Assembly (NCBI GenBank): GCA_030753015.1
Contig: JASMDC010000003.1
Coordinates: 32,001-96,000 of the forward strand
Source: Candidatus Undinarchaeales archaeon
GTDB taxonomy: Archaea; SpSt-1190; JASMDC01
Direction: 5' to 3'
Length of the DNA: 64,000 nt
The notes under the pieces are model-generated. The model saw only the letters and a program-made list of their open reading frames with translations, ran no database searches and was not told the origin of the DNA. Below are positions 19,495 to 28,750 of this stretch, piece by piece. The position numbers were made by a program, and so were the translations under genes. Position 1 is the first letter of the stretch. The number at the start of each line of letters is the position of its first letter.

Positions 19495-19689
19495 ATGGGA
19501 CGGCTCACCGATCTTATTCGCAGTCGGCGCGGCGCCATGGGCGAAGCCATCGAGATCAACTTCTGGACCATCGTCGCTGTGCTCGTTGTGGCCGTCATCG
19601 TGTTCACGCTCTACAATTTTGCTCGACAGGCCCAGCCATCCTTCGTTCAATGGATAGCGGACATAATGGACATGTCCATGGGTGAGTGA
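19495..19689 (+). CDS. Small prepilin-like protein 2
   Basis: MGRLTDLIRSRRG|AMGEAIEINFWTIVAVLVVAVIVFTLY; AGGTGA site upstream. Confidence 0.8.
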   Translation: MGRLTDLIRSRRGAMGEAIEINFWTIVAVLVVAVIVFTLYNFARQAQPSFVQWIADIMDMSMGE

Positions 19690-19690
19690 T

Positions 19691-19945
19691 ATGGGTCTGC
19701 TCGCGAATCGACGGGGTGTCAAGGCCAACGTGTACGACTTCATGATCTTCGTAATAATCTTCCTGCTGGTGCTCATGCTGGTGTTCACCCTTGCTGGCTG
19801 GCGGATGGTCGAGATAATTCACAAACCTGCTGAGCAGTGGGGGGACGATACGGCCGGTAAGGCACGGGATAATATGGCCTGGAACGGGGTGAAGAAATCC
19901 ACAGGATTCATCACGCTCCCGATGGGCGGCCTCTCCCTCACGTGA
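19691..19945 (+). CDS. Small prepilin-like protein 3
   Basis: MGLLANRRG|VKANVYDFMIFVIIFLLVLMLVFTLAG; GGTGA site upstream. Confidence 0.8.
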   Translation: MGLLANRRGVKANVYDFMIFVIIFLLVLMLVFTLAGWRMVEIIHKPAEQWGDDTAGKARDNMAWNGVKKSTGFITLPMGGLSLT

Positions 19946-19983
19946 AATTGGTAGGTAGGTACATCAAATTACTACTACCCAAT

Positions 19984-19999
19984 GACAACTTATATAAAA
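19984..19999 (+). promoter_or_regulatory. Internal TATA promoter in the pilin-like array
   Basis: ACAAC-TTATATAAAA in an AT-rich 90-bp gap before ATG 20035. Confidence 0.6.
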
Positions 20000-20034
20000 C
20001 TGTACGTATATAGTAAGTAATAGAGGGAGCACTC

Positions 20035-20247
20035 ATGCTACGCACCCTAATCAGGTCGAAACGTGGTGAGTTGGGCGGACCCACCCGCATTACTCTCAAG
20101 AAGATCCTCCCCGCGCTCATCATGATGGTGCTCTTCCTGCTCGTAGGCTTCGCCTTGCTCCGTTCACGCGGCTATCTGGACTTCGAGACCCTTACGGGCA
20201 CGTTCTCCAAGACCGTGGAATCGGGGATGGATATAGGAGGGATGTAG
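20035..20247 (+). CDS. Small prepilin-like protein 4
   Basis: MLRTLIRSKRG|ELGGPTRITLKKILPALIMMVLFLLVGFALL. Confidence 0.75.
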   Translation: MLRTLIRSKRGELGGPTRITLKKILPALIMMVLFLLVGFALLRSRGYLDFETLTGTFSKTVESGMDIGGM

Positions 20248-20251
20248 CACG

Positions 20252-20443
20252 ATGGACGTACGCCACCTGCACCCATTGAAGAAACTGCGCCGCCTGGGAC
20301 GCGACCAGCGCGGCATTACCATGTCACGAGACATGCTCATCGGGACCGTGATCGCCCTGCTCATGCTGGCGTTCCTGCTCATGGTCATCGGTGACCGGAT
20401 CGTGCCCATGGCGAACTCGGCGCTCTCGTGGGGACCAAAATGA
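20252..20443 (+). CDS. Small prepilin-like protein 5 (Flp-like leader)
   Basis: KKLRRLGRDQRG|ITMSRDMLIGTVIALLMLAFLLMVIG. Confidence 0.75.
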   Translation: MDVRHLHPLKKLRRLGRDQRGITMSRDMLIGTVIALLMLAFLLMVIGDRIVPMANSALSWGPK

Positions 20444-20874
20444 ACACACGTCGCGGGGTCGTTGGTATATTCTACCTCGTCCTTGCGGCAGTGATAACAC
20501 TGGCAGTCTCGATCCTCATCATGCAGTCAATGTACAGCAGGGCCGCCAATGCAGGGAAGAAACCGACCGATCAGGGCCTTCAGGGCAGGATCGTCGCTCT
20601 CTGCACTCAGCTCACCGGCCCGGACACCGTCGATGCAACAGAGACCATTGATCTCCCCGCCAAGGTGGACAGCCGCGAGGTCGCACGCCTTGTGATTGTG
20701 TACTGCTTCCCGGGGGTCTCTCCCGGCGATATCACGGTAGAGACGGACTGTTCGCGCGAAGCTCCAGGACACGTTCTCCACTGGTGCGGGCCTACCGAGC
20801 TGCTTGGTACAAAGCGCTTTACAGCAGAGATGTCCCGTGACACGGAGTTCGACGTCCGATTGAGGGTGAGCTGA
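20440..20874 (+). CDS. Prepilin-like protein 6
   Basis: MNTRRG|VVGIFYLVLAAVITLAVSILIM; ATGA overlap with the previous gene; four Cys. Confidence 0.8.
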   Translation: MNTRRGVVGIFYLVLAAVITLAVSILIMQSMYSRAANAGKKPTDQGLQGRIVALCTQLTGPDTVDATETIDLPAKVDSREVARLVIVYCFPGVSPGDITVETDCSREAPGHVLHWCGPTELLGTKRFTAEMSRDTEFDVRLRVS

Positions 20875-21468
20875 ATGATAGCCGTCGACTCGTTCCGCAA
20901 GGTCGTGGGATTCGTCGTCATTCTAGGTCTCATCGTTGCCCTCATATATGGCGTTGCTCACGAGAGGATATCGCGCGTGGGGAACAAGTTCGTTGACATG
21001 TTCGCGTGCCCCCCCCTCGCAACCTGCGGCACTGGATCAAAGAAGGAGTGCCCCATCTTAGCTAGCCTCGAAATGCCGATCCTCACTAAAGGCGACTCGC
21101 TCATGGCCGGCAAGTGCCGACTTCGCATATGCAACCGGAAGTCCGTTGGGGGTGAGCCCAACCGCGACTATCGGGTGGAGGTCTGCCGGAGCGCCGTGGC
21201 CAATCCCGGTAAGAAGGGGGTGGCCGAACAGGAGTGCGTCCTCCTCACCGATCCTAAAGGTAAGGTGAAGCAGTTCAACCTCGCAAAGGAAGGGGTGACC
21301 GAGTATGAGTGTGCCAATGTCTGGCGCCCTGCCGATCTCGACCTCACCCGGTCTGAGCGCGAGGTATCGATAGACCTGACAATCAACATCAAGAACAGCA
21401 CTGGGCTGTTCAAGGTGGTGGACACTAAATGGAACGTACGCTACCAGCATCCGCTCGACGAAGCATAG
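20875..21468 (+). CDS. N-terminally anchored Cys-containing protein 7 of the array
   Basis: Hydrophobic VVGFVVILGLIVALIYGVA; no clear RG cleavage motif; coupled to both neighbours. Confidence 0.75.
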   Translation: MIAVDSFRKVVGFVVILGLIVALIYGVAHERISRVGNKFVDMFACPPLATCGTGSKKECPILASLEMPILTKGDSLMAGKCRLRICNRKSVGGEPNRDYRVEVCRSAVANPGKKGVAEQECVLLTDPKGKVKQFNLAKEGVTEYECANVWRPADLDLTRSEREVSIDLTINIKNSTGLFKVVDTKWNVRYQHPLDEA

Positions 21469-21659
21469 GGCAGCTGATCCGCGGTGAACGCGGCGGGATG
21501 GCCGACGCCCCAATCTATTCTTTAGCAACGCTTATATTGGTGGCTGTGTTAATCTACCTCGTATACACATGGTTATCAAGCAAACCAGAGATGATCACAA
21601 ATGTCTTCGGAAGGACCCTAGACATGCTTACAGGAGCCTTTGAGGGGTTTTTAGGATGA
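21429..21659 (+). CDS. Small prepilin-like protein 8
   Basis: LIRGERG|GMADAPIYSLATLILVAVLIYLVYTWL; start uncertain. Confidence 0.7.
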   Translation: MERTLPASARRSIGQLIRGERGGMADAPIYSLATLILVAVLIYLVYTWLSSKPEMITNVFGRTLDMLTGAFEGFLG

Positions 21660-22117
21660 ATAAGAAAGGATCTATGGACACGTCGGTCGCAGCCCTTATA
21701 GCCATCGTACTTGGTGTAGGCGTTATTGCCTTCGGTGTCTATGGGCTCAACAAGGGCCAACGGACCTCGGACAATGTGGGCGTCATGGGAGATGCGGCTC
21801 GAAGCCGCCTCGATCCCCGGACGCTGGGTAAGTGCGCTGACTGGCACGATGATGGATACCCGCTCGGTATCGACGTCCTTCAGTACACCTATGGCTTCCC
21901 CACTATGTTTACTGGACAGACTATTTCTGGATGCAAGAACCTCCCTGACAAGATGGCAAAAGCCAGGGAAGAAGGCATCCCGAGCTTGAAGTTCAGTGAC
22001 AGTGATGTGAAGCGATGCGCTACCTACTGTGCAAAGATCGCACAGGAACGGGACAAGTGCATGTCCCAGCGCGATCCGCAGGCATGCATGGCCGAGGCAT
22101 TCGCAAAGGTAAGATAA
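21656..22117 (+). CDS. Prepilin-like protein 9 with Cys-rich helical domain
   Basis: MNKKG|SMDTSVAALIAIVLGVGVIAFGVY; CADW...CATYC-x9-C motif. Confidence 0.85.
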   Translation: MNKKGSMDTSVAALIAIVLGVGVIAFGVYGLNKGQRTSDNVGVMGDAARSRLDPRTLGKCADWHDDGYPLGIDVLQYTYGFPTMFTGQTISGCKNLPDKMAKAREEGIPSLKFSDSDVKRCATYCAKIAQERDKCMSQRDPQACMAEAFAKVR

Positions 22118-22136
22118 CCTGATACGGGGAACTACC

Positions 22137-22670
22137 ATGAGGAGACGGGGTTCGTTAAGTCAGTGGTTGGGCGGGCGCGCCAGCATGAGCGTGAGAGTTC
22201 GTCGCGCCACCATCAATCTGAGCCTTGGCATGCTTGTAGCAATGGTGTTCGTCGTGCTCCTCGTCGCAATGGGTGCGCTCTCAGCCAGTCGTACCAAGAA
22301 GGATGTGCAGAAAAGGTCCAAGGAATTCACGGTCCAGGTCCGCTCTCAGCTCCTCTCTGCCAATCCTGTTGCGAAGTCCTGCTCCTTGTGGTTCTCCCAG
22401 GGACTTGGTATGCCCACGGCCGTTAACTACTACAAGGTCCCCAGTTCGTCCAAGTATGCCACCTGGGGTTGCTGCGACGACCTGGATGGGCTCGAACATG
22501 ACAAGCTCAACGCCCAAAAGGTGAACAAGTGCCTCAAATCGTGTGGTCAGGCACTCTCACTGTTGGAGCGTTGTAGCCAGGACTGGGACATCATGGACGG
22601 AGGCAAGTACGAGGATGCCCAGACCTGTTACAAGTCACGGTTCGAAAAGGACGTGAGGTGTGTCTCATGA
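22137..22670 (+). CDS. Prepilin-like protein 10 with Cys-rich helical domain
   Basis: VRVRRA|TINLSLGMLVAMVFVVLLVAMG; CSLW...CLKSC-x9-C; may start at 22185. Confidence 0.8.
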   Translation: MRRRGSLSQWLGGRASMSVRVRRATINLSLGMLVAMVFVVLLVAMGALSASRTKKDVQKRSKEFTVQVRSQLLSANPVAKSCSLWFSQGLGMPTAVNYYKVPSSSKYATWGCCDDLDGLEHDKLNAQKVNKCLKSCGQALSLLERCSQDWDIMDGGKYEDAQTCYKSRFEKDVRCVS

Positions 22671-23077
22671 TCCGGACCCGCGCCCAAATGAGCTTCATGC
22701 CTCTTGCCGTGGTCATCCTTGGCCTCCTCTTCCTCACCATCGGGCTCATCCTCATCTACAACGCACGCGAAATCCAGAAGTCCGAGAAGGATATCGTCCT
22801 GTTCGAGAGTATTACATCGATACACAACATCTGCCGGTTCTGGAAGAATCCGGGACTGTACGTGGATGTCGCCATGCCTAATCAGCTTGGCGCGGCCTTC
22901 GAGTCTGCGGGGCTGAACAAAGTCAACCCATGCTCAAACAACGCAGACGGCATCAGGTATTGCATGCTGAAGTGCGAGGCGCTGGAGCGGCTCGTAATGG
23001 TGTGTAATGTGCACGGAAATGAGCGCAATGTGGAAGAGTGTAGCTCAACCAATATACGGAGCTTGCTGACGAAATGA
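22667..23077 (+). CDS. Prepilin-like protein 11 with Cys-rich helical domain
   Basis: MIRTRA|QMSFMPLAVVILGLLFLTIGLILIY; CRFW...CMLKC-x9-C; ATGA overlap. Confidence 0.85.
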   Translation: MIRTRAQMSFMPLAVVILGLLFLTIGLILIYNAREIQKSEKDIVLFESITSIHNICRFWKNPGLYVDVAMPNQLGAAFESAGLNKVNPCSNNADGIRYCMLKCEALERLVMVCNVHGNERNVEECSSTNIRSLLTK

Positions 23078-23086
23078 GGGAATGTC

Positions 23087-23650
23087 ATGACTAGCGAAGG
23101 GCTGATGCAGGCGCTGGTGGTGTTCATTCTGGGACTGGTGGTGCTTGCCGCCGGCGTCCAGATGCTTTCAAGGGCCAAGAAGGTCACCATGAGGAGCGCT
23201 GTCATCCCCAGTGACTACCAGGAGCTCGGCCGAATGAAGAAGCTTGTGGATAACTGTGGCGAAACAGGGTGGGGCGCGGACCTCATCCGTGGCAAGCTCC
23301 TCTCAGGTAAGGTCGAGTGCGACACTACCTGTAAGGCCAACTTCGCGGAGCACTACCGGGAAATCCCACGTGCGGTGAATGGTCTGAAGTTCATCGAGAA
23401 GAAGAGCCGGTTCTGCTCCTCCTCGGGGTGCCCGGCTACGCGCCGGTGCGCCGAGGCGATGGAACTGGCGAGCATCGGCAGTACTTCGACTTATAAAGAT
23501 AAGTTGAAAGGATACGCTGAAGCCTGTGCCCAGGTCTGCGCTTGGAGCATGCAACGTTATGAAGTGTGCGCGTCCCAGATGGCGGAGGTGTACGCCAAGG
23601 GAAGTGGCTTCAGTTCGCCCTGTGCAGACAGGGAGGCTGAACTACCGTAA
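23087..23650 (+). CDS. Prepilin-like protein 12 with Cys-rich domain
   Basis: MTSEG|LMQALVVFILGLVVLAAGVQML (atypical leader); CAQVC-x9-C motif. Confidence 0.75.
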   Translation: MTSEGLMQALVVFILGLVVLAAGVQMLSRAKKVTMRSAVIPSDYQELGRMKKLVDNCGETGWGADLIRGKLLSGKVECDTTCKANFAEHYREIPRAVNGLKFIEKKSRFCSSSGCPATRRCAEAMELASIGSTSTYKDKLKGYAEACAQVCAWSMQRYEVCASQMAEVYAKGSGFSSPCADREAELP

Positions 23651-23662
23651 AGGTGAGGGAAA

Positions 23663-24160
23663 ATGGTTCCATCAACGACATCGAACCGGGGCCAGGGGCA
23701 GCCGGTCTGGATTCTCGTGGCCGTTCTTCTAGCGGTCATCGTGGCCGTGACCATGTATCGGCTCGTCACAAGGCTCGACGTGGATGAGCTGCCTGACATG
23801 GACAGTGAGACGGCAACGACCCGATTCACGCAGCAGTGCAAACAGTGGGATGACATGGACTGGAACCAATACAGCAAGCCCAAAGTAACGGAATCCAAGC
23901 ATTCCATGGAGTTGTATGCTTGGCGTGCGAACCAAATCCTTACGAAGGAGGAGGTTGAGGCTGGCAAGCAGGTCCAGCCGTGCGACTGTATCGTCTACCT
24001 CCACATGCGCAACCTCATCGACTACGGTGAGGTCATCCAGCTGTGGAAGCAGCACAAAGAATGCAATTCCTGGGCCAAGAACACCGGATGCTCGAAGAAC
24101 TTCTGTGGAACGGCTTCGGCAGCCTCGGAGTGCAAGAAGGCCCATGCGTGCCCTACCTAG
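23663..24160 (+). CDS. Prepilin-like protein 13
   Basis: MVPSTTSNRG|QGQPVWILVAVLLAVIVAVTMY; CKQW; Cys-rich C-terminus. Confidence 0.85.
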   Translation: MVPSTTSNRGQGQPVWILVAVLLAVIVAVTMYRLVTRLDVDELPDMDSETATTRFTQQCKQWDDMDWNQYSKPKVTESKHSMELYAWRANQILTKEEVEAGKQVQPCDCIVYLHMRNLIDYGEVIQLWKQHKECNSWAKNTGCSKNFCGTASAASECKKAHACPT

Positions 24161-24749
24161 TCCCTGCCGACGCGCCACCATCGACGTGTTCGGGCTGGTC
24201 GCTCTAGCAATATTCGGCCTTATAGCGGCCGTCCTCCTCATCCGTTTCACCGGGCTCACGATGGGTGCAATGGGCGAGACCCATGCCGCCAAGAACATCA
24301 ACGAGATAGTCGTGGGGGCCCGTAAGGCCTGCCGGGACGGTGAGGCCGTCGTGAGCGCCTTCACCGTTCCCGAGCAGTACGCGTACGTGGTACGCACCTG
24401 CAATCTGTGGGAGTGCACTGACGGCAACTGCCAGGACGAGACGATCGCCGGCCATAACTGGCCCCTGGACGCCGATAGCAAGCGCAAGGTGTTCGACAAG
24501 TTCTGCAACGGTCGTGACTCACAGAACCTCCTGGCCGCCTGCTACATAATCTATGGCGTCCACCACGACTGGGGACCGCTGGGGCAGCTCATGGGATGGA
24601 AGCGCATCGTCGCAAAGACGCGTAAGTGCGAGAACATCCACTGCGGCATACCCTACGATATCAATCTCATCATGCCCGGCAAGCAGAAGTACCGCATGAA
24701 CATCGTCAGGGACGGCGAAGCCCTGGTGGGGAGGCAGTACGATGTCTGA
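24144..24749 (+). CDS. Prepilin-like protein 14
   Basis: MRALPSPCRRA|TIDVFGLVALAIFGLIAAVLLI; start moved to ATG 24144. Confidence 0.8.
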   Translation: MRALPSPCRRATIDVFGLVALAIFGLIAAVLLIRFTGLTMGAMGETHAAKNINEIVVGARKACRDGEAVVSAFTVPEQYAYVVRTCNLWECTDGNCQDETIAGHNWPLDADSKRKVFDKFCNGRDSQNLLAACYIIYGVHHDWGPLGQLMGWKRIVAKTRKCENIHCGIPYDINLIMPGKQKYRMNIVRDGEALVGRQYDV

Positions 24750-26037
24750 GCTCCTTGGTCGCAAGCGGGGCCTCCTGGGCATCAAGTTCTGGTTCATGGT
24801 ATTTGTGGTCATGGCGTTCATGGTCGCCGTAAGCATGGCCATGAACATCCTCTATGTAGGACAGACCGTGCGGGCCGCGGACGAGCTCGGCCGGATCAAA
24901 ACGTATTTGGAGGCCGTGTGCCACGGGAACGTTGGCGACTACCGTACCTTCGGCGCCCCACCGTTCGGCGTGATCGTACGAGTAGACTCTTGTGACAAGG
25001 TGCTCGCGAAGAGCGCGGTCCGGGGTGCGGTGGGCGTGGGCGTGATGACAAAACACATAACATCGATCGCCAACATGGGCAAGAAGCCCAAGGCCCTCAA
25101 GCAGATGGCCGACAAGGCCGACGATCTCGCGAAGATGTCGGGCTCAAATGTGAAGACCGCCACTGATGCCGCTCGGATAACCGAGGCCAATCAGGCGCTT
25201 ACCAAGAACCTGGCCATGTTCAAGGATCCTAGCAAGAGACTCTTCCAGATACCTGTCCCCTCGAAGATGGCAGGGGTCCACAACAAGGTGGTGATGGCCC
25301 TGGACAAGACCGGCATCGTGTCAGCCAACGGTGCCAAAGCCCAGAAACACATCGTAGAGATCTACAAGATACAGGGGCAGCTGGGCCGCACCAAGGACGC
25401 AGCCCAAGCGGCCAAGCTGTATGCTCAATGGGGCAACCATGCCGACGAGGCCTACAAACTCGCACACACGGCCGGTCGGTTCGGCACGGGAATGAAGTTT
25501 GCACAGGGCGCGCTGTACACTAGCTGCGTGGGCACGTCTCTTGCAGGTTATGTCAAGGAGGTCGATGTCGTACCGGAAGGGGCCCAGAAGGCCATCGAGG
25601 ACGTCCACACGGCCACACGTGACTTCATCTCCGATAATGCGGGGCCCGCGGGCGGGACGGTGGGCGCCCTCCCCGCCGAGGGAGTCCCATGCCTAGCCTA
25701 CTCGCTCTCGAGAGGGGCGAGCCTCAAGGGCGCCACTGGATTCCTTGGTGGCGCGGTCACGAGCACGGCCTTCAACATCCTTGGTGGTCGGATGCTCGGT
25801 CAATCGGCCGCCATGATATCCAGCTTCGCTACCCGGTGCCCGGGAGCTAGTAATGGCCTGGCAATCTGCGTCCAGAAGTCCAAGTGCGAGGGCGATGAGA
25901 AGGGACCGTGCTCCGCTTGCGATGTTATATCCTGTCGTGTCCCCATCAAGGTTGAGTCCCGCCCCTTCGATCCGAAGATAACCGTTTCCCATGAGGGCGA
26001 CGTCGTGAAGCTCAATGGGGGTGTCGAGCCATTCTGA
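24742..26037 (+). CDS. Prepilin-like protein 15 with large Ala/Gly/Lys-rich insertion (431 aa)
   Basis: MSELLGRKRG|LLGIKFWFMVFVVMAFMVAVSMAM; both ends resemble protein 14. Confidence 0.85.
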   Translation: MSELLGRKRGLLGIKFWFMVFVVMAFMVAVSMAMNILYVGQTVRAADELGRIKTYLEAVCHGNVGDYRTFGAPPFGVIVRVDSCDKVLAKSAVRGAVGVGVMTKHITSIANMGKKPKALKQMADKADDLAKMSGSNVKTATDAARITEANQALTKNLAMFKDPSKRLFQIPVPSKMAGVHNKVVMALDKTGIVSANGAKAQKHIVEIYKIQGQLGRTKDAAQAAKLYAQWGNHADEAYKLAHTAGRFGTGMKFAQGALYTSCVGTSLAGYVKEVDVVPEGAQKAIEDVHTATRDFISDNAGPAGGTVGALPAEGVPCLAYSLSRGASLKGATGFLGGAVTSTAFNILGGRMLGQSAAMISSFATRCPGASNGLAICVQKSKCEGDEKGPCSACDVISCRVPIKVESRPFDPKITVSHEGDVVKLNGGVEPF

Positions 26038-26039
26038 GG

Positions 26040-26522
26040 TTGCTCGCGGCCAAGCGCGGCCAGGCATCCACCGTGTCCGAGTCCCTCTCGGAGTTCGCCA
26101 AGTTCGTGGCGGCCATCATAGTCTTCGCCCTCGTCCTCGGGGCGTTCCTTGCCCTTCTGGTCAACATGCATAAGCTCTCCCTCATCATGAACGCCCGCAT
26201 CGTGGCCGACGCCATCGCAGGGGCGATAGCGGCGGTGTCCACAGCACCCGACCAGGCCACGTTCTGCTATACTGTCCCCTCATTCGCTACATACCGCGTC
26301 GTCATCGGCGGCGGGGCCGTGCTAGTGGTGCAAGCAGGAGAACAGGCCTTCGGTATATCCCCCTACCCTGTTCCGGGCGTGGAGTCCGCCGAACTCCTCG
26401 TTGGCAAGGACCAGATGAGCGCGGTGATCGTCATTCGCAAGATACGTGTGGGCGCCTCCGAGCAGATATCGGTGACGGCCCCGGAGGAGTTCGAGTTAAA
26501 GCGGTGCGCGGAGGTTATCTAG
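26040..26522 (+). CDS. Prepilin-like protein 16
   Basis: MLAAKRG|QASTVSESLSEFAKFVAAIIVFALVLGAFLALLV; ARIVADAIAGAI helix then beta strands, as in archaeal minor pilins. Confidence 0.85.
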   Translation: MLAAKRGQASTVSESLSEFAKFVAAIIVFALVLGAFLALLVNMHKLSLIMNARIVADAIAGAIAAVSTAPDQATFCYTVPSFATYRVVIGGGAVLVVQAGEQAFGISPYPVPGVESAELLVGKDQMSAVIVIRKIRVGASEQISVTAPEEFELKRCAEVI

Positions 26523-26523
26523 G

Positions 26524-28158
26524 ATGCTCGAAGAACAGGTGTTCATAATCGTGATGGTCATCCTACTTGTGACCATTGTCGGTGGCGGGGTTTCTGCCTG
26601 GTTCAAGTTCACCGAGTCCATTGAGAGCGACGTCGAGTACCGGGCTGCCGTCAAGGTGGCGCACAGACTCGCAGGCTCATCACAATGCCTCACCTACCTC
26701 TCCGCGACACAACGCGCGAGCAAGAACGTGCTCGACGCCAACAAGCTCAAGCTCGCCAACGAGGTCTACGGCAGCGACCGTTCCAAGGGGCTCTTCTCCC
26801 TTGGGGGTCTCATGGGACTCGGGAGCGCTGACGGGAACCTCCCCCGCGAGCATCCGTGCGCCTTCCTCATGGGATTCCGATGGCAGGCCCATATAGTTGA
26901 TCTTGAGTTCTTCACCGACATGGAAGAGGAACAGCGAGAGGAGCTCTCTGAACGGTACGGCTGCCTCCTAGCTAAGGACTCGTGCTTATGGGATATGGGG
27001 AAACCCTTTAGCTTCACACCGCGCCTTGAGCACCTTGAGGCGAAGGACGCCGAGGAACGAAGCGATGATCACTTCTGCAGCGGCCAGGACTGGTGCGCGA
27101 GCATGAAGAACAGCTTGGATAAATGTCTCAGTAAGGGGGATGAGGACCTCAAAGGGCTGACGAATCCAACGGCCCCGGTGAAGATCCCGATCACAATCGC
27201 TATCACCAATGAGATCGGCCAGCTCGAGAAGCATATGGGCTATCTCCAGGTCGTGGTCATACCCAGCGATCGCCACTGCACCCGCGAGGACTACGGGGAG
27301 CGCGCATTTTACATGGGTGAGAACACGGCGATAATCGGTAAAGAATGCTGTCTCTTCGACCTCCAGGAAGGCGTATGCCGCGGAAACCTGCGAGCCGCGC
27401 AAGCGGTCCAGGCCAAGTTCGCCCGCACGGTGTACATTTTCTCAGGGGTCGGGACGCTCGCCAACCTAATAACCGGCCACTGCCCCGAGTACGAGTACCT
27501 CGCGAAGGATGATTACATCGCTTGTGGCTGTGAGAACAAGGGGCAGCCAATGGAGGTCATCGGCGTCGATGGCCCTCCAGTGGTCGGCACCGGTTGCCCG
27601 CGGAACAACTTCTTTGCCGTAAAGGTACAGAACCGTAACTGGGAGAAGCCTGCCACCGTGAAGGCCATCAAGCTCACTGTAGGGGGTAACGACTATCTGC
27701 CCTGCACGAAGGACACTTGTGGTCTGCCGACGGGAACGATCTGGGTGAATCCCTCCGAGGAGGTCGATCCCCGCTCGGTGGCCACCTACGTGTTCGGGGT
27801 GCCGGCCGAGGACCTTTCCGGCGACGAGGCCGAGGTCACCGTCACCATGGAGTATTCTGTCCCCAAGATTTCCTCACCCTACAAGAAGCCCAAGGACTGC
27901 CGGGAGTCGGGACACCTGTACGTGTGCACTCACATCCTCAAAGCGACCTATCCCGCCACCGGGTGCGTCGGGGAGGGATTGAAGGACGCGTGCATGGGCC
28001 AGATATGCAGCAAGGATCAGGTGTGCTGTTCTGCGGGTGGATGCATTTCCAAGGAGCGCAAGAACCATTGCGAGGCGGCGGTGACTGGGTGGGACAGCCT
28101 GAAGAAGGAAGGCGAGGCCCTCATGAAGGGCAGTCAGGAGGGCGAGAAAGATGCATAG
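26524..28158 (+). CDS. Large pilin-array protein 17 (544 aa, Cys-rich, N-terminal TM)
   Basis: MLEEQVFIIVMVILLVTIVGGGVSAW; GGAGG site upstream; no basic leader visible. Confidence 0.8.
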   Translation: MLEEQVFIIVMVILLVTIVGGGVSAWFKFTESIESDVEYRAAVKVAHRLAGSSQCLTYLSATQRASKNVLDANKLKLANEVYGSDRSKGLFSLGGLMGLGSADGNLPREHPCAFLMGFRWQAHIVDLEFFTDMEEEQREELSERYGCLLAKDSCLWDMGKPFSFTPRLEHLEAKDAEERSDDHFCSGQDWCASMKNSLDKCLSKGDEDLKGLTNPTAPVKIPITIAITNEIGQLEKHMGYLQVVVIPSDRHCTREDYGERAFYMGENTAIIGKECCLFDLQEGVCRGNLRAAQAVQAKFARTVYIFSGVGTLANLITGHCPEYEYLAKDDYIACGCENKGQPMEVIGVDGPPVVGTGCPRNNFFAVKVQNRNWEKPATVKAIKLTVGGNDYLPCTKDTCGLPTGTIWVNPSEEVDPRSVATYVFGVPAEDLSGDEAEVTVTMEYSVPKISSPYKKPKDCRESGHLYVCTHILKATYPATGCVGEGLKDACMGQICSKDQVCCSAGGCISKERKNHCEAAVTGWDSLKKEGEALMKGSQEGEKDA

Positions 28159-28750
28159 GGAGTCCATCCGACGTCTCCTCGCCCGGGCGCGTCGGACCCG
28201 CCGCGGAATGGGGATGGGCACGGCCTTCACCGCGGGCCTCACCATCATGACCGTGGGGCTCGCCCTCATCGTCGCGACATCCCGCATCAAGGTCAACGTC
28301 ATGCTTGCAGAGGAGCAGGCATGGGATCCCACCTACCAGCTCCTACTCTCGCTGGCCGAGTCCACCGTTGTGATACGTGAGGGCGACCATCGTGCGGTGC
28401 TGAGCACGTTCGACATCCTCTCCATGGTGGGAGCGACACAACAGTCCAAGGTCGTCGTTCGGGTTGGTGGTAAGAGCATTACCGTTGACGTGAACGAACT
28501 GCTGGAGAAGAAGCTCAAACGTCCTTTCCAGCTCATCGGCCGGAACCAGGTCCATATCGTGCTCACGGATATGGACCAGAAGAAGGTCATCGTTGAGTAC
28601 CCGCGGCGCAACACCGTGGACTATCGTGCCTGGCTGGAGAAGGAGAACTTCGAAGTAAGCCGCGTGACCTCGGCCCGTATGCTCGTCCCGCTCCCTGACG
28701 GCACATCCACGGCCACGCTCCTCCTCCAGTATGCGGAGGTGTACTCATGA
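28151..28750 (+). CDS. Prepilin-like protein 18
   Basis: RARRTRRG|MGMGTAFTAGLTIMTVGLALIVA. Confidence 0.8.
   Translation: MHRESIRRLLARARRTRRGMGMGTAFTAGLTIMTVGLALIVATSRIKVNVMLAEEQAWDPTYQLLLSLAESTVVIREGDHRAVLSTFDILSMVGATQQSKVVVRVGGKSITVDVNELLEKKLKRPFQLIGRNQVHIVLTDMDQKKVIVEYPRRNTVDYRAWLEKENFEVSRVTSARMLVPLPDGTSTATLLLQYAEVYS

Noticed and set aside
19147-19689. 180-aa ORF as a single gene
   Set aside because: Its 5' part overlaps a promoter and pilin-like gene 1; the real start is ATG 19495 with its own ribosome site.
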